Positions 1 to 11,335 of a DNA stretch of 48,250 nucleotides are shown piece after piece. The position numbers were made by a program, and so were the translations under genes. The notes under the pieces are model-generated. The model was not told the origin of the DNA, did no database searches, and saw only the letters and a program-made list of their open reading frames with translations. The stretch comes from Gammaproteobacteria bacterium. Lineage in GTDB: Bacteria; Pseudomonadota; Gammaproteobacteria; GCA-002705445; GCA-002716945. Each line of letters begins with the position of its first letter. Position 1 is the stretch's first letter. The stretch spans positions 1 through 48,250 of the forward strand of contig JBJKYD010000001.1 of NCBI GenBank assembly GCA_045561295.1, read 5' to 3'.

Positions 1-244
1 CGCCAATTTTTAATAACTTATCTCTCGATTTAAGACTTTCTTCAAGAATTAATATATCTAAAGGTTGGTCATTTATTTGAAGGTCGTAGATTTCAGAAAA
101 GACATCACGATTTTTTGTATCATAAAAGTCTGCAGGAGTAATAATATTTGATATTTTCTCCCAAGATTCAGAATCAATAATTAAAGATCCTAATAGTGCT
201 TTTTCAGATTCTATTGATATCGGTGTTTTTGGAAGAGAGCTCAT
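1..244 (-). CDS. dnaB: Replicative DNA helicase DnaB, N-terminal part (runs off window start)
   Basis: Manual translation from ATG at 244: MSSLPKTPISIESEKALLGSLIIDSESWEKISNIITPADFYDTKNRDVF..., matching the DnaB N-terminus; follows rplI as usual. Not in ORF track. Confidence 0.92.
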   Translation of the reverse strand, partial: MSSLPKTPISIESEKALLGSLIIDSESWEKISNIITPADFYDTKNRDVFSEIYDLQINDQPLDILILEESLKSRDKLLKIG

Positions 245-287
245 TATCAGTATATTAGCTGATAAATAATAGATTTAGAATCTTGAC

Positions 288-758
288 TTAGGCAGTTTCT
301 TCAGTATCTTCAGATTTTTCGGCAATTATTTCAATATCACATGCTACTTCTGGATGAAGCGAAATATTAGCACGATAAGTTCCAAGCTCTTTTATAGCAC
401 CATTAGGTAAATTAATTTGTTTCTTTTCAATTACGTGACCGTCTTCTTTCATTTTATCAATGATATTTTGTAACGTAATAGACCCAAATAATTCATTGCT
501 GTCTTCTTTTATTTTAACTTTGTGCAACTGATTGTAACCATTTAGTTTTTCTTTAAATGACATAGCAATTTCTTTTATTTCCTGTTCTTTTTTGATAAGT
601 TCATCCTTCATTTTGCTGATAGTTTCTAAATTTTCACTAGTAGGTGTTAGCGCTGATTGAGTAGGTAACAAATAATTTCTAGCGTAACCAGCTTTAACAT
701 TGATTTCTTCGCCAACTTTACCTAAATGCTTGACATCTTTAAGTAAAACTAACTTCAT
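288..758 (-). CDS. rplI: 50S ribosomal protein L9
   Basis: LGKVGEEINVKAGYARNYLLP and LFGSIT motifs; rpsF-rpsR-rplI order. Confidence 0.98.
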   Translation of the reverse strand: MKLVLLKDVKHLGKVGEEINVKAGYARNYLLPTQSALTPTSENLETISKMKDELIKKEQEIKEIAMSFKEKLNGYNQLHKVKIKEDSNELFGSITLQNIIDKMKEDGHVIEKKQINLPNGAIKELGTYRANISLHPEVACDIEIIAEKSEDTEETA

Positions 759-949
759 TGTCTTTTGTGATTATCGCAATATGGAATCAATGCTAGAAAT
801 CTTGCTATTTTGACAGCTTTATTCATTTTTCTTTGCTCGCTAGCATTTAAACCTGAAACTCTACAAGGAATGAGTTTTCCAGCTTCAGATATATACTTTT
901 TAATATACCCTAAGTTTTTGTAGTCAATTATATTTTTACTTTTATCCAT
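755..949 (-). CDS. rpsR: 30S ribosomal protein S18 (short N-terminus)
   Basis: IDYKN...ISEAGKLIP.R.SG...AVKIARFLALIPY. Confidence 0.97.
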   Translation of the reverse strand: MDKSKNIIDYKNLGYIKKYISEAGKLIPCRVSGLNASEQRKMNKAVKIARFLALIPYCDNHKRQ

Positions 950-954
950 AAATT

Positions 955-1287
955 TTATGCTGATTTTAATTGTTCTTTATTCATGAATGACGGCTCCGTA
1001 TGAGCATCTTTTGTACTAATTATTAAGTGTCTAAGTATATGATCATTGAATTTAATTAGCTCATTCAATTGTTTAATTATAGTATTATCTGCTTTGAAAT
1101 TTATTAATATATATCTAGCCTTATTCTCGTTATTAATGTCATAAGACATCTTTAGAGAGCCCCAATCTTCATATCTGTCGATAGTACCTTTATTTTCAGT
1201 AATTACCGACTTATATTTATCGATTGTCTGATTCGTCAGGGTATCTTCGCCGACCGAAAACATTAGTACTAGTTCATAATTTTTCAT
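955..1287 (-). CDS. rpsF: 30S ribosomal protein S6
   Basis: MKNYEL...EDWG...Y.I...ARY; first gene of rpsF-rpsR-rplI. Confidence 0.96.
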   Translation of the reverse strand: MKNYELVLMFSVGEDTLTNQTIDKYKSVITENKGTIDRYEDWGSLKMSYDINNENKARYILINFKADNTIIKQLNELIKFNDHILRHLIISTKDAHTEPSFMNKEQLKSA

Positions 1288-1303
1288 AATTTTACCTAGG
1301 GAG

Positions 1304-1332
1304 ATACTACAGCACTAAGTTAGTTTTTTCAA
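1304..1332 (-). promoter_or_regulatory. Putative sigma70 promoter of rpsF operon
   Basis: Minus strand TTGAAA-17 nt-TAGTAT, 16 nt before the rpsF ATG. Confidence 0.5.
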
Positions 1333-1348
1333 ATATTGACTGCATTAT

Positions 1349-4311
<2,963 letters not shown>

Positions 4312-4313
4312 GT

Positions 4314-4505
4314 CTACAACACCAAATAATATATAGTCAACCCAAAGATAATACATCCAAGACCAATCATTCTCAATGATTTATCATCCATATCTATTAT
4401 AGAGGAAAGTAAATTTTTGAACTTATTTGGGTATATAAGTGGAATAATGCCTTCAATTATTAAAATAAATGCAAAAACTATTGCTACTATTTCTAAAGTT
4501 GTTAT
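4314..4505 (-). CDS. DUF2065 (YjeT-like) small membrane protein; no ATG/GTG/TTG start visible
   Basis: Manual translation ITTLEIVAIVFAFILIIEGIIPLIYPNKFK...DDKSLRMIGLGCIIFGLTIYYLVL*; EG..P and LR..G motifs; canonical position after hflC. Missed by the ORF track. Confidence 0.85.
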   Translation of the reverse strand: MTTLEIVAIVFAFILIIEGIIPLIYPNKFKNLLSSIIDMDDKSLRMIGLGCIIFGLTIYYLVL

Positions 4506-5371
4506 TTCGTAACACCGTCAGTATCATTAAAATATTTAAAGAAATCAGAATCTGGTTTTAGGAGTATCATATTGCCTTTATCATTAAATGTTGATTTATA
4601 TGCCTCTAAACTTCTATAAAATGAGTAAAAATCAGGACTAGCAGAAAATGCATCAGCGTAGATTTGTGTAGATTGGGCATCACCTTCCCCTTTTATTTCT
4701 TGAGACTCTCTATAAGCTTCAGCTAAAATTGTTTCGGACTCTCGCTCTGCAAGAGAAGTAATCCCCTTGGCTTCTTCTTTACCTTTAGATCTAAATGATT
4801 TAGCCACGGTTGCTCTTTCTTTTACCATACGAGCATATACAGAATTACTAACCTCGCTTGGTAAATCAACTTTTTTAAGCCTTACATCAACCACAGTAAT
4901 ACCTAATGTTTGAGATAATTGGTTAGCTTCTTTTGTAACTTTAGCCATTATTTCTACTCGATCACCAGATACCACGTCATTAACTGTTCGTTTACTAAAC
5001 TCACTTTTTGTTAAATCATTAACTATTTGCGATAAACGATTGACCCCGATTCTCTCATCACCCTTGGATGATCTGTAAAAGTTTCTAGGATCAGATATTC
5101 TCCACTTAACAAATGAATCAACTATAACGTTTTTCTTTTCACTTGTAAGAAACTGTTCAGGTTTAGAATCCATTGTTAAAAGCCTAGAATCATATTTTTT
5201 TACATTATTCAAGAAAGGAATCATGAAGTACAAGCCAGGCTCATTATAGGTAGTTACGATTTCGCCTAATCTGAATTTTATAACAACTTCCCTTTCATCA
5301 ACTATGAATGTTGCAGATATTGCAAGTAATACTAAAGCTATTAATCCTGTAAGTAAGTTTCTATTATTCAT
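4502..5371 (-). CDS. hflC: FtsH protease modulator HflC
   Basis: N-terminal TM, SPFH domain, FYSFYRSLEAY. Confidence 0.97.
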   Translation of the reverse strand: MNNRNLLTGLIALVLLAISATFIVDEREVVIKFRLGEIVTTYNEPGLYFMIPFLNNVKKYDSRLLTMDSKPEQFLTSEKKNVIVDSFVKWRISDPRNFYRSSKGDERIGVNRLSQIVNDLTKSEFSKRTVNDVVSGDRVEIMAKVTKEANQLSQTLGITVVDVRLKKVDLPSEVSNSVYARMVKERATVAKSFRSKGKEEAKGITSLAERESETILAEAYRESQEIKGEGDAQSTQIYADAFSASPDFYSFYRSLEAYKSTFNDKGNMILLKPDSDFFKYFNDTDGVTK

Positions 5372-6482
5372 TATATAAATCTCTTTTTCTTAGATTAAAA
5401 TTATTTTTATTTGCATTGATGCGATCCATTATGCTGGTTTCATTATCTGATTCTTGCATTTCATTATTACTTTTAGGCTGCTTATTATTATTTATAAGTT
5501 GATCCAATGGGAGATACATTAAGTTATTGCCGCCTTCAATATCAATCATCACTTTACTGCTATTAGATAAAACTGATTGAACCGCCTCAATATATAACCT
5601 TTCTTTTGTAACATCAGGGGCTTTTTTATATTCATTATATAACTGAGTAAACCTAGATGCCTCACCTTGTGCTGCATTTATCAATTTAACTCTATATGCT
5701 ATAGCTTGCTCCAACATTTGTTTTGCCTCACCTCTTGCAAGTGGGATAATTTCATTTCTATATGCTTCAGCTTCATTGATATATCTTTGCTCATCTTCTC
5801 TTGCTTTAATTGCATCAGAAAACGCATCCTGAACTTGCTCGGGTGGCTGCGCCTCCAAAATATTAAGTGTTTGAATATTTACACCAGCTCCATAGCTATC
5901 AAGAACGCTTTGAAGTAATTTTTTTGTATCTGCAGCTACTCCGGTTCTACCTTCGGTAATAATATAATCCATTGTGTTTTGACCCATTACTTCCCTAATA
6001 GCACTCTCCCCAGCTTGTGAGACAGTAATATCTGGTTCACGTAGATTAAATATGAAGTCACTAGCATCTTTTATGTCATACTGAATTGCAAAACTGATAC
6101 TTACGATATTCTCATCCTCTGTAAGCATCACAGCTTTTTGTTGAACAGATCTTAGATTACTTACATCTACAATTTCAACAGCCTGTATGAATCTTGGATA
6201 CCAATGAGGCCCTGGCATAGTTATCTCATTAAAGCCACCAAACTGAAGAACGACACCTCTTTCTCCGTCGTTTACGATGTAGATTCCAGATAAAAGGTAA
6301 ATTACTAGAATTATTACAGATAAAAATCCTGCACTTTTTTGAGAGGAAGGTGGAGTGGAACTTCCTTTACCGCCCAATAAATCGTCTATTGTTTTTTTAA
6401 AATCTTTGATAACTCCATCTAAACTAGAGTTATTCTTGTTTCTGCCCCAAGGGTCTTTATTACCAGGTTCGTTCCATGCCAT
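5364..6482 (-). CDS. hflK: FtsH protease modulator HflK
   Basis: MAWNEPG..DPWG, MLTEDENIV, PPEQVQDAF, YLPLD. Confidence 0.98.
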   Translation of the reverse strand: MAWNEPGNKDPWGRNKNNSSLDGVIKDFKKTIDDLLGGKGSSTPPSSQKSAGFLSVIILVIYLLSGIYIVNDGERGVVLQFGGFNEITMPGPHWYPRFIQAVEIVDVSNLRSVQQKAVMLTEDENIVSISFAIQYDIKDASDFIFNLREPDITVSQAGESAIREVMGQNTMDYIITEGRTGVAADTKKLLQSVLDSYGAGVNIQTLNILEAQPPEQVQDAFSDAIKAREDEQRYINEAEAYRNEIIPLARGEAKQMLEQAIAYRVKLINAAQGEASRFTQLYNEYKKAPDVTKERLYIEAVQSVLSNSSKVMIDIEGGNNLMYLPLDQLINNNKQPKSNNEMQESDNETSIMDRINANKNNFNLRKRDLYNE

Positions 6483-6542
6483 ATAAATTATCTCCAGTTA
6501 GATAATATACCATAGATATCAGCTCATCAATTTTATATTAGT

Positions 6543-7460
6543 TTAATTTAATATTTTTTTAATATAATCAAAAAGACTGTGGTAATTATTCTCAGGATAT
6601 GAAAAACGATAGTCGATTTTGAATTTATTCATCCAAGTTACTTGCCGTTTAGCAAGCTGTTGAGTTGCAATTGTTATTGACGAATTTAGCATCTCAAGAG
6701 AAATGTCTTTATTAAGGAACTGTATAGTTTCCTTGTAACCTATTGCTTTCATACATTGATTCTTATTATTTAAATTAAATTTGCTCAATAGATTTTTAAC
6801 TTCCTCAACCAGTCCATCTTGTAACATATCGGAAGTTCTTTTCTTTATACTCTCCCTCAAAAATTCTCTATTATCGATAGTAATAAAGATAATATTAATT
6901 TTTAGATTTTTTCCTTCATACAAACCTTTAAAATTATTTTTTTTATTGTCATTTGATATTAGACGCTCTAAAAGTTTTTCTATACGGTACGAGTCGTTAA
7001 TGTTAATTTTTTCAGTTAAAGCAGGTGTAATGTTAGAAATAGCCTTAAGTATTTGTTCATTACTATATTGATTTTGTATAGAATTGATGAGTTTTGAATC
7101 AGTTTCTAAAACATTATACTCATGAGAAAGTCCATTTAATAATTGATAAACATACATCATGGTTCCACCGGTAATTAAAGGAATTTTATTTGAAGATAAT
7201 ATCTCATTAATACATTTATTTGCATCTTTACAATATTGAGCTACATTATATTGCATTGTAGGCTCAAGGATATTAATTAAATGGTGCTTATATTTATTTA
7301 ACTCTTCTTCTGAGGGTTTTGCTGTTCCTATGTTTAACCCTTTGTATGCAGAATATAAATCTGCATTAATAATTTCAAAAGGAAACTTACTTATCAACTT
7401 CATGGCTAAAGCAGATTTCCCAGAAGCAGTAGGTCCTATGAGGATAAAAATATTATTCAT
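6543..7460 (-). CDS. miaA: tRNA dimethylallyltransferase
   Basis: GPTASGKS, IGTAKP, GGTMMY, AIGYKE, QLAKRQ.TW. Confidence 0.97.
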   Translation of the reverse strand: MNNIFILIGPTASGKSALAMKLISKFPFEIINADLYSAYKGLNIGTAKPSEEELNKYKHHLINILEPTMQYNVAQYCKDANKCINEILSSNKIPLITGGTMMYVYQLLNGLSHEYNVLETDSKLINSIQNQYSNEQILKAISNITPALTEKININDSYRIEKLLERLISNDNKKNNFKGLYEGKNLKINIIFITIDNREFLRESIKKRTSDMLQDGLVEEVKNLLSKFNLNNKNQCMKAIGYKETIQFLNKDISLEMLNSSITIATQQLAKRQVTWMNKFKIDYRFSYPENNYHSLFDYIKKILN

Positions 7461-7879
7461 ATGATATTGATAGATATTATTCGTTCTTTAGAAAGTGATT
7501 GAAAGTTAATTATAATATTCGGTCTAGAGATTTGTTTTGGAATTATTTCAGGCCACTCGATAAAATGAAGAGCGTTTCTCTCTAAATTATCATATAACCC
7601 AATATCATTGAGCTCAGCGGGTTTTGTAATTCTGTATAAATCATAATGATATATCATTATTTCATTGATTGGATAGGTATTAACTATTCCAAATGTTGGG
7701 CTAGAGGCATTTGTAAATCCATATTCATATGCAAGATACTTCTGAACAAAAGTTGTTTTTCCAGACCCAAGTTCTCCTTTTAAAAAAATCACTGTTCTCT
7801 TGTTTCTACAAAGACTGATGTTTTTAAAAAGTGATTCATAATCATCAAGATCTTTAATGAGATAATTCTTATTAGGCAT
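7457..7879 (-). CDS. tsaE: tRNA t6A biosynthesis ATPase TsaE
   Basis: GELGSGKTT, SPTF, HYDLYR, IEWP. Confidence 0.97.
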   Translation of the reverse strand: MPNKNYLIKDLDDYESLFKNISLCRNKRTVIFLKGELGSGKTTFVQKYLAYEYGFTNASSPTFGIVNTYPINEIMIYHYDLYRITKPAELNDIGLYDNLERNALHFIEWPEIIPKQISRPNIIINFQSLSKERIISINII

Positions 7880-9332
7880 GTGTTAGTTCGCTATATTTAT
7901 TTGATAAGATTGATGGTGTAATGTTCTTATTCTTTAATTCCTGGTACAGAACATCAGATGTATAAGAGTGAAAAACAACACTTTTTATACAAGCATCTAG
8001 ATTGTTTTTAAATAATGCTGTTTCCGTTAATAAAATTCCACAGAGTGTATCACCCATACCTGCGGTACCCATTTTATAATTTCCATCCATACAGGTATAA
8101 AATCTATTACCATCAAATATAATTGATCCTGAACCTTTGAGTATTATAAGACAATTAAATAAATCATATAGCTTACGTGCCGTTTTATATCTATCTGCTT
8201 GAACTTCTGGTACCGAGATATTCAATATTCTAGCTGCTTCACCTGGATGAGGTGTGATAATTAATTTATCTGAGTATGATTTACTTTTATCAATATAGTT
8301 CAATGCGCCTGCATCAATAATTAATGAGCTCAATGAATTAATATTCTCCAGTGCAACATCGACATATTTTTTAACATCGGTGGTTCCTGGACCGATCAGT
8401 ACCTGTTTTAACGTTCCAATGCTATCTTTAAAATCTGATATAGAAAATGGCTTTGCTATGACTTGAGGCATAATCATTGGTAAAGTATGGGCATACTCTG
8501 AGTCTGTATAAACTTGTAGATATTTTAATCCAGTTTGAATAGCTGCTGAGGCAGCTAGTATCATTGCACCATGATATGGTTTGTCTCCTGCGACAATACA
8601 ACTTATTCCTTTTGATTTTTTGTGAGTTGAATGCAATTCTTCATGATAATAGTCTTTAGATTTAATATTAGAGTCATCACCGAATTTATTATTGGCAGTT
8701 ACTAAATAGTTCTTAGATTCAATCTCTTTATTTATAAGCCTGCAAAAAGTTATTTCTTTCCAAGAATCTCTACCTTGATTAGTAAAAAGACCTCTTTTCA
8801 TCGTTAATAATGAAATTAAAAGCTCACATCTAAGACTTACAGGCATAGATTGTCCAGTAGCATTGTTAAGTCCGCTTGGTATATCCACAGATATCACTTT
8901 AGATGATGATTGATTAATTGATTTAATTAGATCTATGAAATTATTATCAAGATTTCTATTTAACCCATATCCAAAAATACCATCTACGATATATGTATAA
9001 CTATCACTTACATCATAGGTATGAATAATAAAATTATTTAGGTCATATTTTTCGATATATTCAAGATGGATATTTTTTTCTGTAAAAAGGATTGAGATAT
9101 TATATTTCAGCATTAAAAGTTTATGTGCAGTAAATAAACTATCGAGGCCATTATGACCAGGTCCACAAATGAAAAGAATGCTATCTGTTTTTTTTACTAA
9201 TTTCTTTAATATTTTGCAGATGTAATCTGATGCTTCATTAATCAAATAATCTTTATCAATAGAAGTATATTTATTTTCAATATCTTTTATCCCTTGATAA
9301 TCAATATCAGGATGAAAATATATTTTAGTCAT
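7872..9332 (-). CDS. nnr: Bifunctional NAD(P)H-hydrate epimerase/dehydratase
   Basis: YjeF_N (IVDGIFGYG, VDIPSG) plus dehydratase (TPHPGEAAR, LKG, GMGDTLCG); nnr-tsaE synteny. Confidence 0.92.
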   Translation of the reverse strand: MTKIYFHPDIDYQGIKDIENKYTSIDKDYLINEASDYICKILKKLVKKTDSILFICGPGHNGLDSLFTAHKLLMLKYNISILFTEKNIHLEYIEKYDLNNFIIHTYDVSDSYTYIVDGIFGYGLNRNLDNNFIDLIKSINQSSSKVISVDIPSGLNNATGQSMPVSLRCELLISLLTMKRGLFTNQGRDSWKEITFCRLINKEIESKNYLVTANNKFGDDSNIKSKDYYHEELHSTHKKSKGISCIVAGDKPYHGAMILAASAAIQTGLKYLQVYTDSEYAHTLPMIMPQVIAKPFSISDFKDSIGTLKQVLIGPGTTDVKKYVDVALENINSLSSLIIDAGALNYIDKSKSYSDKLIITPHPGEAARILNISVPEVQADRYKTARKLYDLFNCLIILKGSGSIIFDGNRFYTCMDGNYKMGTAGMGDTLCGILLTETALFKNNLDACIKSVVFHSYTSDVLYQELKNKNITPSILSNKYSELTHA

Positions 9333-10234
9333 TAATAATTTATTTTACTTTGAAACAAATAATGAAAAGATGTTTGTATAAGCTGATTGATTAAATTATT
9401 TTCACTATTATATTTTTGAATTTTCATATTCTCATATTCTTCATTATTCAGCTTATAAATTGAAGATATGTCATCTACCAAACCAATAGCTTTAGCTTGA
9501 TTGCCAGTATAAAATAGGCCTGAATAAATAAGTGTATCATTAGGATTGATTTTATCTTTTCTGCTACTTTTTAAGTCATTGATAAACTGTGTATGAATCT
9601 CATCTGTTAAACTTTTTACATGATTATATTGTTTAGAGGTCAATTCATGAAATGGATCCAATATTAATTTATTTTCTCCAGAATAAATTGTTCTTGCCTT
9701 GATACCTAGATTATTAAATAAGCGTCTTACATCGTAACTATCCAACCTTACTCCAATAGAACCAACTATACTTGTTTCGGACGCGATAATATGATCGGCT
9801 GCCATAGCTATATAATAACCACCAGATGCGCCAACATCCTCTATTACAGATATAATCTTTTTACTCGATGTGTTTTTAATTTTTATAATTTCGTCAAAAA
9901 TAATCTTAGATTGAGTTGCACTTCCGCCTCCACTGTTGATTTTGATAATAATAGCTGATGCATTTATATTTTGACTTGCTCTATGCAAAAGCGGGACAAT
10001 CTTCTCAGCGCTAGATTGAGTTTCTGATGAAATTAGTCCATTTATTTCAATCATAGCAACATGTGGATTATTAAAATTAATATCTTTTGCCATAGATGTA
10101 AAAAAGACAATAAAAATAATAACTAATACAAATAATGACCTAAGAATAAGTTTATTTCTATAATCTCGTTTCCTTTCAGCTAGAAGTGTAGAGACTATAT
10201 CATTTAATGTTTTATCGTTTTCATTCATTATCAT
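9332..10234 (-). CDS. sppA: S49 family signal peptide peptidase (short SppA)
   Basis: N-terminal TM, INSGGGS, ASGGYYIA, GSIGV, GLVD. Confidence 0.92.
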   Translation of the reverse strand: MIMNENDKTLNDIVSTLLAERKRDYRNKLILRSLFVLVIIFIVFFTSMAKDINFNNPHVAMIEINGLISSETQSSAEKIVPLLHRASQNINASAIIIKINSGGGSATQSKIIFDEIIKIKNTSSKKIISVIEDVGASGGYYIAMAADHIIASETSIVGSIGVRLDSYDVRRLFNNLGIKARTIYSGENKLILDPFHELTSKQYNHVKSLTDEIHTQFINDLKSSRKDKINPNDTLIYSGLFYTGNQAKAIGLVDDISSIYKLNNEEYENMKIQKYNSENNLINQLIQTSFHYLFQSKINY

Positions 10235-11135
10235 TCTCTAGTATAGATAATACTTCTTTTAAGTCATCAGGTAAATCTAATATGAATTCATATTTTTTAT
10301 CATAGTAAAAAGATAAATAGTAAGCATGCAAGAATAACCTTTTCAAATTTAATTCTTTATTAATTATTTTACTATTTTGTATATCGTATTTACTGTCTCC
10401 TACTACCGGATGTCCAATTGATGATGTATGAACTCTAATTTGATGTGTTCTGCCTGTTTCAATCTCAATTTCAACAAATGAAAAAGATTTATATTTTTGT
10501 AGAAGCGTTATCTTAGTATATGCTTCTCTTCCATCTTGTTCATTCACAATCATTTTTTTATGCTTAGCATTTTTTTCTATTTTGGATTCGATTTCAATAG
10601 TTTCCTGCTCTATTACTCCTGTTAATAAAGCATAATATTTTTTTTTAATATTTTTATTCATTAGTTCCTTACCTAAGTTAGATGCCACCTGATAATTTTT
10701 TGATACTAAGAGGCAGCCGGAGGTATTTTTGTCTAAACGATGAACTAATGATAAATCATTATTATTTTGAGCCTTTCTTAATGAAGATAAGAAATCAAAT
10801 TCTTGATTAGTGCCAGAATGGACTGATATGCCGTATGGTTTGTCAATTAATATAAAATTTTCATTCTCATAATGTATATATTCGCTGGTATTTAATAAGA
10901 TTTTATCTGCAATTACATTTTCTTGAATAAGATGGGGTGGTATTCTAATAAGATCGTTATCAGAAATTCTATATGATACTTTACTGCGCTTCTTATTAAC
11001 CCTGACTTGCCCGCTTCTAACAAGTTTATAGATAAGACTTTTTGGTAAACCTTTTAGCTTTTTAATTAAGAAATTATCAAGTCTTTGTCCGCTTAGTTCT
11101 TGATTTATTTCAAAAATATTAGATTTTTTCATCAT
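10221..11135 (-). CDS. rluC: 23S rRNA pseudouridine synthase RluC
   Basis: S4 domain (QRLDNFL...GQVRVN), VHRLDKNTSG, TGRTHQIRVH; divergent from rne. Confidence 0.95.
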   Translation of the reverse strand: MMKKSNIFEINQELSGQRLDNFLIKKLKGLPKSLIYKLVRSGQVRVNKKRSKVSYRISDNDLIRIPPHLIQENVIADKILLNTSEYIHYENENFILIDKPYGISVHSGTNQEFDFLSSLRKAQNNNDLSLVHRLDKNTSGCLLVSKNYQVASNLGKELMNKNIKKKYYALLTGVIEQETIEIESKIEKNAKHKKMIVNEQDGREAYTKITLLQKYKSFSFVEIEIETGRTHQIRVHTSSIGHPVVGDSKYDIQNSKIINKELNLKRLFLHAYYLSFYYDKKYEFILDLPDDLKEVLSILENDNE

Positions 11136-11151
11136 CTGATTATGTATTTTA

Positions 11152-11171
11152 GATTGATGATAGCATCAATC
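11152..11171. repeat. Perfect 8-bp inverted repeat GATTGATG-atag-CATCAATC in rluC/rne spacer
   Basis: Seen directly; function unknown (operator or hairpin). Confidence 0.5.
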
Positions 11172-11335
11172 ATTGCTATATTAGTGTTTTATAAAGTTCA
11201 AATGTATTAACATAGACATTTTATATAATAAAGAACATATATAAATTAGATAGAAGCGCGAGCATAAAATAGCTTAAAAATTGCGCAATAAATAAAGAAA
11301 TATATACATAAATATAATGATAAACAGGATTCATA

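Noticed and set aside
244-265. Inverted repeat TTATCAG-N8-CTGATAA between rplI and dnaB as a terminator
   Set aside because: Weak AT-rich stem abutting the dnaB start with no U-tract on the coding strand; not supportable.
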